Below are positions 1-11,905 of a stretch of DNA of 64,000 nt, in pieces. The position numbers and the translations under genes were made by a program. Numbering within the stretch: position 1 is the first letter of the stretch; each line of letters opens with the position of its first letter. This DNA comes from Eledone cirrhosa (lineage: Eukaryota), in NCBI GenBank assembly GCA_964016885.1, contig OZ024758.1, positions 28,334,001-28,398,000 of the forward strand. The letters are read 5' to 3'. The notes beneath the pieces are model-generated. The model ran no database searches, had not been told where the DNA came from, and saw nothing but the letters and a program-made list of their open reading frames with translations.

Positions 1-428
1 ATTGGCAGTATCAGTAGAGAGTCAGACACCATGATTTCAGCATAGAGTTATGACCCTTTACATTCTGAGTTCAAATCCCGCAAAGGTTAACTTTGCCTTT
101 CATCCTTATGGGGTCGATAAAATAATGTACCAATAATGTACAGGGGGCGATTTGATCGACTCCCCCCCCCCCCCCCCCCAAATTACTGGCCTTATGGCTA
201 TACTAGAAATCTTTATTAATAACTGCGGTCGGTGGATTGGCAGTATCGGTAGAGGGTTGGACGCCATGCTTTGCAGAAACATAGAGTTACGGCCCTTTAT
301 GATCTGAGTTCAAATCCCGCCGAGGTTAACTTTGCCTTTCATCCTGATGGGGTCGATAAAATAATGTACCAGTAATGCACTGGGGTAATTGCTGGCCTTG
401 TGCCAAAAGTAGAAACAATTATATTATG
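1..428 (+). mobile_element. Two tandem tRNA-derived SINEs (family A)
   Basis: Box A/B-like TGGCAGTATCGGTAGA / GAGTTCAAATCCC; central GCCTTTCATCCT..GGGGTCGATAAAATAA.GTACCAG (Meta/MESC-like, from recall). Confidence 0.85.
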
Positions 429-477
429 CAGACACATTGAGACATTTGAAATTTGTCATTAATTACTAATCAAAAAC

Positions 478-686
478 AACAATCCCAGTGGAAGGAAGAC
501 ACAGTAGAGGAAGACCATGAAAACCATGGGTGGAGGTGGTGAGGGATGACCTCAGATCGCTGAAGCTCACAGAGGAGATGACAAAGGACCATGACAAATG
601 GAGAGATGCTGTGCTGAAAAGGACCCGTCCCACCCTTGCAAGCAGGGAAAAGCAGACGTAAAATGATGATGATGGTGATGATGATG
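478..686 (+). mobile_element. 3' end of an RTE-clade LINE
   Basis: Degenerate RGRP*KPWVEVVRDDLRSLKLTEEMTKDHDKWR, followed by a (GAT)n tail. Confidence 0.8.
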
Positions 687-794
687 AACAGGCTAGGAAC
701 AAAGTTAGATTTACTCATCATATTTCAACTGACATTTGCAGCAACAAGCTACAACTACCAATAAATCAAACTCAGATAATAGTGCAGCCAACCA

Positions 795-2610
795 AAAACT
801 ACACACTACTATATCTTCTACTAAAACTACACACTACTATGACTTCTACTAAAACTACACACTACTATGACTTCTACTAAAACTACACACTACTATATCT
901 TCTACTAAAACTACACACTACTATATCTTCTACTAAAACTACACACTACTATATCTTCTACTAAAACTACACACTACTATATCTTCTACTAAAACTACAC
1001 ACTACTATATCTTCTACTAAAACTACACACTACTATATCTTCTACTAAAACTACACACTACTATATCTTCTACTAAAACTACACACTACTATATCTTCTA
1101 CTAAAACTACACACTACTATATCTTCTACTAAAACTACACACTACTATATCTTCTACTAAAACTACACACTACTATGACTTCTACTAAAACTACACACTA
1201 CTATGACTTCTACTAAAACTACACACTACTATATCTTCTACTTAAACTACACACTACTATATCTTCTACTAAAACTACACACTACTATGACTTCTACTAA
1301 AACTACACACTACTATATCTTCTACTTAAACTACACACTACTATGACTTCTACTAAAACTACACACTACTATATCTTCTACTAAAACTACACACTACTAT
1401 GACTTCTACTAAAACTACACACTACTATATCTTCTACTAAAACTACACACTACTATGACTTCTACTAAAACTACACACTACTATATCTTCTACTAAAACT
1501 ACACACTACTATATCTTCTACTAAAACTACACACTACTATATCTTATACTAAAACTACACACTACTATATCTTATACTAAAACTACACACTACTATATCT
1601 TATACTAAAACTACACACTACTATATCTTATACTAAAACTACACACTACTATATCTTATACTAAAACTACACACTACTATATCTTCTACTAAAACTACAC
1701 ACTACTATATCTTCTACTAAAACTACACACTACTATGACTTCTACTAAAACTACACACTACTATGACTTCTACTAAAACTACACACTACTATATCTTCTA
1801 CTAAAACTACACACTACTATATCTTCTACTAAAACTACACACTACTATGACTTCTACTAAAACTACACACTACTATATCTTCTACTAAAACTACACACTA
1901 CTATATCTTCTACTTAAACTACACACTACTATGACTTCTACTAAAACTACACACTACTATATCTTCTACTAAAACTACACACTACTATATCTTCTACTAA
2001 AACTACACACTACTATATCTTCTACTAAAACTACACACTACTATATCTTCTACTAAAACTACACACTACTATATCTTCTACTAAAACTACACACTACTAT
2101 GACTTCTACTAAAACTACACACTACTATGACTTCTACTAAAACTACACACTACTATATCTTCTACTAAAACTACACACTACTATATCTTCTACTAAAACT
2201 ACACACTACTATGACTTCTACTAAAACTACACACTACTATATCTTCTACTAAAACTACACACTACTATATCTTCTACTTAAACTACACACTACTATATCT
2301 TCTACTAAAACTACACACTACTATGACTTCTACTAAAACTACACACTACTATATCTTCTACTAAAACTACACACTACTATATCTTCTACTAAAACTACAC
2401 ACTACTATATCTTATACTAAAACTACACACTACTATATCTTATACTAAAACTACACACTACTATATCTTCTACTAAAACTACACACTACTATATCTTATA
2501 CTAAAACTACACACTACTATATCTTCTACTAAAACTACACACTACTATATCTTATACTAAAACTACACACTACTATATCTTATACTAAAACTACACACTA
2601 CTATATCTTC
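795..2610. repeat. Minisatellite, 28-bp unit, ~65 copies
   Basis: CTAAAACTACACACTACTAT(AT/GA)CTTCTA. Confidence 0.97.
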
Positions 2611-5290
2611 ATAATACTATACCTTCTGTTAAAACTTCATATTATTAATAATATACCTTCTGTTAAAACTTCATACTATTAATACTATACCTTCTGTTAA
2701 AACTTCATACTATTAATACTATGTCTTCTGTTAAAACTTCATACTATTAATACTATACCTTCTGTTAAAACTTCATACTATTAATACTATACCTTCTATT
2801 AAAACTTCATACTATTAATACTATACCTTCTGTTAAAACTTCATACTATTAATACTATACCTTCTGTTAAAACTTCATACTATTAATACTATACCTTCTG
2901 TTAAAACTTCATACTATTAATACTATACCTTCTATTAAAACTTCATACTATTAATACTATACCTTCTATTAAAACTTCATACTATTAATACTATACCTTC
3001 TGTTAAAACTTCATACTATTAATACTATACCTTCTATTAAAACTTCATACTATTAATACTATACCTTCTATTAAAACTTCATACTATTAATACTATACCT
3101 TCTGTTAAAACTTCATACTATTAATACTATACCTTCTGTTAAAACTTCATACTATTAATACTATACCTTCTGTTAAAACTTCATACTATTAATACTATAC
3201 CTTCTGTTAAAACTTCATACTATTAATACTATACCTTCTGTTAAAACTTCATACTATTAATACTATACCTTCTGTTAAAACTTCATACTATTAATACTAT
3301 ACCTTCTATTAAAACTTCATACTATTAATACTATACCTTCTATTAAAACTTCATACTATTAATACTATACCTTCTGTTAAAACTTCATACTATTAATACT
3401 ATACCTTCTATTAAAACTTCATACTATTAATACTATACCTTCTATTAAAACTTCATACTATTAATACTATACCTTCTGTTAAAACTTCATACTATTAATA
3501 CTATACCTTCTGTTAAAACTTCATACTATTAATACTATACCTTCTATTAAAACTTCATACTATTAATACTATACCTTCTGTTAAAACTTCATACTATTAA
3601 TACTATACCTTCTATTAAAACTTCATACTATTAATACTATACCTTCTATTAAAACTTCATACTATTAATACTATACCTTCTGTTAAAACTTCATACTATT
3701 AATACTATACCTTCTGTTAAAACTTCATACTATTAATACTATGTCTTCTGTTAAAACTTCATACTATTAATACTATACCTTCTGTTAAAACTTCATACTA
3801 TTAATACTATGTCTTCTGTTAAAACTTCATACTATTAATACTATACCTTCTGTTAAAACTTCATACTATTAATACTATACCTTCTATTAAAACTTCATAC
3901 TATTAATACTATACCTTCTGTTAAAACTTCATACTATTAATACTATACCTTCTGTTAAAACTTCATACTATTAATACTATACCTTCTGTTAAAACTTCAT
4001 ACTATTAATACTATACCTTCTATTAAAACTTCATACTATTAATACTATACCTTCTATTAAAACTTCATACTATTAATACTATACCTTCTGTTAAAACTTC
4101 ATACTATTAATACTATACCTTCTATTAAAACTTCATACTATTAATACTATACCTTCTATTAAAACTTCATACTATTAATACTATACCTTCTGTTAAAACT
4201 TCATACTATTAATACTATACCTTCTGTTAAAACTTCATACTATTAATACTATACCTTCTGTTAAAACTTCATACTATTAATACTATACCTTCTGTTAAAA
4301 CTTCATACTATTAATACTATACCTTCTGTTAAAACTTCATACTATTAATACTATACCTTCTATTAAAACTTCATACTATTAATACTATACCTTCTGTTAA
4401 AACTTCATACTATTAATACTATACCTTCTATTAAAACTTCATACTATTAATACTATACCTTCTATTAAAACTTCATACTATTAATACTATACCTTCTGTT
4501 AAAACTTCATACTATTAATACTATACCTTCTATTAAAACTTCATACTATTAATACTATACCTTCTATTAAAACTTCATACTATTAATACTATACCTTCTG
4601 TTAAAACTTCATACTATTAATACTATACCTTCTGTTAAAACTTCATACTATTAATACTATACCTTCTATTAAAACTTCATACTATTAATACTATATCTTC
4701 TGTTAAAACTTCATACTATTAATACTATACCTTCTATTAAAACTTCATACTATTAATACTATACCTTCTATTAAAACTTCATACTATTAATACTATACCT
4801 TCTGTTAAAACTTCATACTATTAATACTATACCTTCTGTTAAAACTTCATACTATTAATACTATACCTTCTGTTAAAACTTCATACTATTAATACTATGT
4901 CTTCTGTTAAAACTTCATACTATTAATACTATGTCTTCTGTTAAAACTTCATACTATTAATACTATACCTTCTGTTAAAACTTCATACTATTAATACTAT
5001 TACCTTCTATTAAAACTTCATACTATTAATACTATACCTTCTGTTAAAACTTCATACTATTAATACTATACCTTCTATTAAAACTTCATACTATTAATAC
5101 TATACCTTCTATTAAAACTTCATACTATTAATACTATACCTTCTGTTAAAACTTCATACTATTAATACTATACCTTCTATTAAAACTTCATACTATTAAT
5201 ACTATACCTTCTGTTAAAACTTCATACTATTAATACTATACCTTCTGTTAAAACTTCATACTATTAATACTATGTCTTCTGTTAAAACTT
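2611..5290. repeat. Minisatellite, 34-bp unit, ~79 copies
   Basis: TAATACTATACCTTCT(G/A)TTAAAACTTCATACTAT. Confidence 0.97.
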
Positions 5291-5388
5291 CCTATTTCTA
5301 TGTCTTCTACTAAAACCAACATTTTCAATGAGTAGCATCACTTGCACAGAAGAACAATCTCCATTCTATGCAAAAAAAGGTGTTGTGG

Positions 5389-5600
5389 TTAGAATGTCTC
5401 AGGAAAGAATCACTGGACAGATTTTATAGTCAAGCCAACAGGTAGGAGACCCAGGAGTAGACCCTGAGCAAGATGGCTGGATAACATCCATGAGCTTGGC
5501 TGGTCACGCTTGCTTCTGACAGGACCAGCTGGAGGGGCTGTTTGAGGACTCTGCCCCCATGACCCTCGCAGGAATAAGTGGGCGAAGAAGAATAAGAATA
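5389..5600 (+). mobile_element. 3' end of an RTE-like LINE (second copy 7148-7392)
   Basis: Both copies share AGAATGTCTCAGGAAAGAATC..GGACTCTGCCCCCA and a (GAA)n tail; GRRP..RW-like frame. Confidence 0.7.
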
Positions 5601-5610
5601 TAAAAAGAAT

Positions 5611-5838
5611 GTGGATTGGCAGTGGACTGGCGGTATCTGTAGAGTGTGGGATAACATGCTTTATAGCATAGAGTTACGTCCCTTTACATTCTGGGTTCAA
5701 ATCCCGCCGAGGTTAGTTTTGCCTTTCATCTTTAAGGGAGTCTATAAAATAAAGTACCAGTAATGCAATCGGGTCGATTTAATCAACTATCCTCTCCCTC
5801 AAAATTGCTGGCCTTGTGCCTAAATCAGAAACCAATAT
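5611..5838 (+). mobile_element. SINE family A
   Basis: Same head, centre and GGCCTTGTGCCTAAA end. Confidence 0.85.
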
Positions 5839-6005
5839 AAAAAGAATGAGTAAATTTCAACCTAGTAACAACAATAGCAACATCACTTTCTTTCAATTTG
5901 TCACCATCAGTTGCAGGACTTATGAACGATGCTTGCCTACATATTCATATTGCGAAAACCTACTTCCAGCAACGGTACAGAAGCCTGAAAGACAACAAAT
6001 GTCCC

Positions 6006-6564
6006 TTAACCCTTTAGCATTTAAACTGACCATTTCTGGCCAGAATTCTCTCACCTCTTTCTGTTCAAACTGGCTGTAACTAGTGTTAAGGTATTATTCT
6101 CAAAATAAATAATATCAAAATCTTGTAGATTCGATATTATGTGAGATAATTATGTGAGGTAAAGCCTTTACCATGAAAATATAATAGTAAATATAGAGTA
6201 ATATAGATATTATGTGAGGTAAAGCCTTTACCATGAAAATATAATAGTAAATATAGAGTAATGTAAATGTTGTGAGATATTATGTGAGGTAAAGCCTTTA
6301 CCATGAAAATATAATAGTAAATATAGAGTAATGTAAATGTTGTGAGATATTATGTGAGGTAAAGCCTTTACCATGAAAATATAATAGTAAATATAGAGTA
6401 ATGTAAATATTGTGAGATATTATGTGAGGTAAAGCCTTTACCATGAAAATATAATAGTAAATATAGAGTAATGTAAATGTTATGTGAGATAATTATGTGA
6501 AGTAAAGCCTTTACCATGAAAATATAATAGTATATATAGAGTAATGTAAATACTAAAGGGTTAA
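6006..6564 (+). mobile_element. piggyBac-like MITE copy with about six internal 60-73 bp tandem units
   Basis: TTAA-CCCTTTAGCATTTA ... TAAATACTAAAGGG-TTAA. Confidence 0.9.
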
Positions 6565-6767
6565 AAATGTTTCTGAATTTACTCTTGCTAAGAACATGTC
6601 TGAAGCAATAATGCATATCCTCATCATCATCAATATATAATAACCAACAAACTTCAAATGAAAGATGAAATACATAAGATTCCAGAAACTACAACAACCA
6701 TTCACTGACCACAATGAATAATTTCACTAAACAAAATATATATATCGACAGTCAATTGACTTCCATC

Positions 6768-6962
6768 AAATTGGACCAAGGAAACAATGTTCCCATTGGT
6801 CTTTCCAATTGCTAATACTCTCTGTCGGTTGCAACTCCAGGTAGAAGGAGAAACTTGAAATAAAGTGTCTTGCTCAAGGACACAATACATCGCCCGGTCT
6901 GGGAATCGAACTCACATCCTCACAATTGTGAATCCAATTCTCTAACCACTCAGCCACACACC
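6768..6962 (-). mobile_element. SINE family B variant (other copies 12417-12615 +, 30886-31085 -, related 36293-36550 +)
   Basis: Same head and CCTTGAGCAAGACACTT box with a different body (GAAAGACCAATGG..TGGTCCAA). Confidence 0.8.
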
Positions 6963-7492
6963 TATAAATAAAAGCTGTGTAAGACAAGGAATGGGTACAA
7001 CAAAATAGTATTTCTGCATTAGAGAAAAAGTTTTAGGGGATTTATATATCAGAGAAAAGAAGTCTATCAAACTTAAATTGTGAGAAATGTAACTATGGGT
7101 GTTGCCGAAGCCAGCAAACTATTGTGGGCAGAATGTATTTTATGTGATTAGAATGTCTCAGGAAAGAATCGCTGGATTTTATGGGCAAAACCAACTGGCA
7201 GGGGACCCAAGGTTAGACCCCGAACAAGATGGTTGAACTTGGCTGGTATCGCTTGGGGATTCAGCCGGATCAGTTGGATATGGTTGCTTCTGATAGGACC
7301 CACTGGAGGGAGTGTTTGAGGACTCTGCCCCCACAACCCTCTCAGGAAGAAGAAAAAGAAGAAGTAGAAGAAGAAGAAGAAAAAGAAGAAGAGACAGAGT
7401 TGCTAAGAAGCTTGGTGTGCAACACAAACTGTGAAGAAGCTGGACACAGAATGATAACTAACATTTACCAAGTGTATGTTTGTCTATCCCTG

Positions 7493-10070
7493 AGGAAGGC
7501 CTCACATAGCATACTTTGTAAAGTTAACACAGTCCAAAAGATCTCTAAGGAAGGCCTCACATAGCATACTTTGTAAAGTTAACACAGTCCAAAAGATCTC
7601 TAAGGAAGGCCTCACATAGCATACTTTGTAAAGTTAACACAGTCCAAAAGATCTCTAAGGAAGGCCTCACATAGCATACTTTGTAAAGTTAACACAGTCC
7701 AAAAGATCTCTAAGGAAGGCCTCACATAGCATACTTTGTAAAGTTAACACAGTCCAAAAGATCTCTAAGGAAGGCCTCACATAGCATACTTTGTAAAGTT
7801 AACACAGTCCAAAAGATCTCTAAGGAAGGCCTCACATAGCATACTTTGTAAAGTTAACACAATCCAAAAGATCTCTAAGGAAGGCCTCACATAGCATACT
7901 TTGTAAAGTTAACACAGTCCAAAAGATCTCTAAGGAAGGCCTCACATAGCATACTTTGTAAAGTTAACACAGTCCAAAAGATCTCTAAGGAAGGCCTCAC
8001 ATAGCATACTTTGTAAAGTTAACACAGTCCAAAAGATCTCTAAGGAAGGCCTCACATAGCATACTTTGTAAAGTTAACACAGTCCAAAAGATCTCTAAGG
8101 AAGGCCTCACATAGCATACTTTGTAAAGTTAACACAGTCCAAAAGATCTCTAAGGAAGGCCTCACATAGCATACTTTATAAAGTTAACACAATCCAAAAG
8201 ATCTCTAAGGAAGGCCTCACATAGCATACTTTGTAAAGTTAACACAGTCCAAAAGATCTCTAAGGAAGGCCTCACATAGCATACTTTATAAAGTTAACAC
8301 AATCCAAAAGATCTCTAAGGAAGGCCTCACATAGCATACTTTGTAAAGTTAACACAGTCCAAAAGATCTCTAAGGAAGGCCTCACATAGCATACTTTGTA
8401 AAGTTAACACAGTCCAAAAGATCTCTAAGGAAGGCCTCACATAGCATACTTTGTAAAGTTAACACAGTCCAAAAGATCTCTAAGGAAGGCCTCACATAGC
8501 ATACTTTGTAAAGTTAACACAGTCCAAAAGATCTCTAAGGAAGGCCTCACATAGCATACTTTGTAAAGTTAACACAATCCAAAAGATCTCTAAGGAAGGC
8601 CTCACATAGCATACTTTGTAAAGTTAACACAATCCAAAAGATCTCTAAGGAAGGCCTCACATAGCATACTTTGTAAAGTTAACACAGTCCAAAAGATCTC
8701 TAAGGAAGGCCTCACATAGCAGACTTTGTAAAGTTAACACAGTCCAAAAGATCTCTAAGGAAGGCCTCACATAGCATACTTTGTAAAGTTAACACAGTCC
8801 AAAAGATCTCTAAGGAAGGCCTCACATAGCATACTTTGTAAAGTTAACACAGTCCAAAAGATCTCTAAGGAAGGCCTCACATAGCATACTTTGTAAAGTT
8901 AACACAATCCAAAAGATCTCTAAGGAAGGCCTCACATAGCATACTTTGTAAAGTTAACACAATCCAAAAGATCTCTAAGGAAGGCCTCACATAGCATACT
9001 TTGTAAAGTTAACACAGTCCAAAAGATCTCTAAGGAAGGCCTCACATAGCATACTTTGTAAAGTTAACACAGTCCAAAAGATCTCTAAGGAAGGCCTCAC
9101 ATAGCATACTTTGTAAAGTTAACACAGTCCAAAAGATCTCTAAGGAAGGCCTCACATAGCATACTTTGTAAAGTTAACACAGTCCAAAAGATCTCTAAGG
9201 AAGGCCTCACATAGCATACTTTGTAAAGTTAACACAGTCCAAAAGATCTCTAAGGAAGGCCTCACATAGCATACTTTGTAAAGTTAACACAGTCCAAAAG
9301 ATCTCTAAGGAAGGCCTCACATAGCATACTTTGTAAAGTTAACACAGTCCAAAAGATCTCCAAGGAAGGCCTCACATAGCATACTTTGTAAAGTTAACAC
9401 AGTCCAAAAGATCTCTAAGGAAGGCCTCACATAGCATACTTTGTAAAGTTAACACAGTCCAAAAGATCTCTAAGGAAGGCCTCACATAGCATACTTTGTA
9501 AAGTTAACACAGTCCAAAAGATCTCTAAGGAAGGCCTCACATAGCATACTTTGTAAAGTTAACACAGTCCAAAAGATCTCTAAGGAAGGCCTCACATAGC
9601 ATACTTTGTAAAGTTAACACAGTCCAAAAGATCTCTAAGGAAGGCCTCACATAGCATACTTTGTAAAGTTAACACAGTCCAAAAGATCTCCAAGGAAGGC
9701 CTCACATAGCATACTTTGTAAAGTTAACACAGTCCAAAAGATCTCTAAGGAAGGCCTCACATAGCATACTTTGTAAAGTTAACACAGTCCAAAAGATCTC
9801 TAAGGAAGGCCTCACATAGCATACTTTGTAAAGTTAACACAGTCCAAAAGATCTCTAAGGAAGGCCTCACATAGCATACTTTGTAAAGTTAACACAGTCC
9901 AAAAGATCTCTAAGGAAGGCCTCACATAGCATACTTTATAAAGTTAACACAATCCAAAAGATCTCTAAGGAAGGCCTCACATAGCATACTTTGTAAAGTT
10001 AACACAATCCAAAAGATCTCTAAGGAAGGCCTCACATAGCATACTTTGTAAAGTTAACACAATCCAAAAG
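7493..10070. repeat. Minisatellite, 55-bp unit, ~47 near-identical copies
   Basis: AGGAAGGCCTCACATAGCATACTTTGTAAAGTTAACACAGTCCAAAAGATCTCTA. Confidence 0.97.
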
Positions 10071-10477
10071 AAATCTCTGTTAAAGGTGTTGAAACTCTCA
10101 AAACATTGCCATCAACTGCCTACAAAACAAGAGATAGGTTCCTGAAACAACAGGACTTTATAAAAACAGAAGCTACAACCCTTCAGAACTCAAAGCTACA
10201 CTTCACTGTTGTGCAGAAGATGTAGCATAAGGACTAGTTTTATAGTCTTTTAAGGTCTTATTCCAAGACCCATACATTAAACGGAGGCTTCCTACATTTG
10301 GTTATCAACATATAGAACACACTTCTAAAAATTTCCAATTGAAATCAGCTCAGTTAACAGAATACATTATCAAAAGTCTAATTCAAAATTCATATAAACC
10401 TCTCATTACTTTTACCATTTACAATACAGCGAGCCAGTGATTGGACTGCTGGAAGTGTTTTTAAGTTAACTTAGGTA

Positions 10478-10945
10478 AGTGGCTTAGTGAGTTCAAGGTT
10501 GTGAGTACAATTCTCAGACCGGGTGATGTGTTGTTTCCTTGAGCAAGACACTTTATTTCACATTGCTCCAGTTTACTCAGCTGTAGAAATGAGATGATAG
10601 GACTGGGGTCCCTATCATTCCACTGCAAAGAGGTCATGGAGGTGCCATGGCAAAAAAGCACCCAGCACTCACTGTAAAGTGGACGTGTAGGCACCACGGA
10701 AAAAAAGCACCCAGTCCACTCTGTAAAGTGGTCGTGTAGATGCCACAGAAAAAAAGCACCCAGCCCACACTGTAAATGAGGTTGGTGTTAGGAAGGGCAT
10801 CCAGCTGTAGAAATCAAGCCAGAATCAGTTCCCGTATGAGCAAGACAAGGTCAGCTGACCGGACACTGCCCACAACAGGACAACCCGTCTAACCCATGTG
10901 CTAGCGTGGAAGAACGGACGTAAAATGGTGATGATGGTGATGATG
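10478..10945 (+). mobile_element. tRNA-derived SINE family B with RTE-type (GAT)n tail
   Basis: TGGCTTAGTG..; TGTTTCCTTGAGCAAGACACTT central box; tail ..GGACGTAAAATGGTGATGAT. Confidence 0.85.
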
Positions 10946-11174
10946 CCCAATGAGGCTTTTCATCACAAATACTTGTGACAAAAAAACCCATACGTATGAC
11001 ATATTTTGTAAAAGTAGTTTATGTAATGGAAGTAGCGCAGCCATTTATAGCAGCGTTGTACTTGTAATGAATCATCATCATCATCACCATCATCATCGAC
11101 ACTGTTTAATGTCTATATCACATGCTTTCATGGATTAGACAGAATCTCATGCAAGCATGGAAAATAGATTTTAA

Positions 11175-11550
11175 ATAGTGATGAGGATGATGATAATGAT
11201 GATGATGATGGGTGGTGGTGGTGATGATGATGATGGGTTAGTGGTGGTGGTGATGATGATGATGGTGATAATGATGGTGATGATGATGATGATGATGATG
11301 GTGATGGGTTAGTGGTGATGGTGACGATGATGGTGATGATGATGATGGGTTAGTGGTGATGGTGGTGATGATGATGATAATGATGGTGATGGTGATGGGT
11401 TAGTGGTGATGGTGACGGTGATGGGTTAGTGGTGATGGTGACGATGATGGTGATGATGATGATGGGTTAGTGGTGGTGGTGGTGGTGGTGATGATGATGA
11501 TGGGTTAGTGGTGGTGGTGGTGATGATGATGGTGATGGTGATGATAATGA
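11175..11550. repeat. Compound (GAT/GGT)n microsatellite with recurrent GGGTTAG
   Basis: GATGGGTTAGTGGT recurs seven times. Confidence 0.9.
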
Positions 11551-11717
11551 CTGTCTGCTATAAATATGTAATACTCAGCTACATTATGTTTCCTTATATA
11601 CCAAGTATAGCCCCTCTTGTTGGAGTGTGGAGATTAGAAACCCTAACACAATTCAAATTTAAATCATGTTCCAAACTTTCTCTGTGGATTCTTCCAAAAG
11701 ATTTGAGCCCAACAAAT

Positions 11718-11905
11718 TTAATTGTTTCTACTTTAGGCACAAGGCCAGCAATTACCCAGTGCATTACTGGTACTTTATTTTATCGACCCTGTAAGGATGA
11801 AAGGCAAAGTCAACCTCGGCGGGATTTGAACTCAGATCGTAAAGAGACGTAACTATGCTGGAAAGCATGGCGTCCGACCCTCTACCGATACTGCCAATCC
11901 ACCAC
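11718..11905 (-). mobile_element. SINE family A
   Basis: Reverse complement of 230-428. Confidence 0.85.

Noticed and set aside
795-10070. CRISPR-like regular repeats
   Set aside because: Head-to-tail units with no unique spacers, no cas genes, eukaryotic context.
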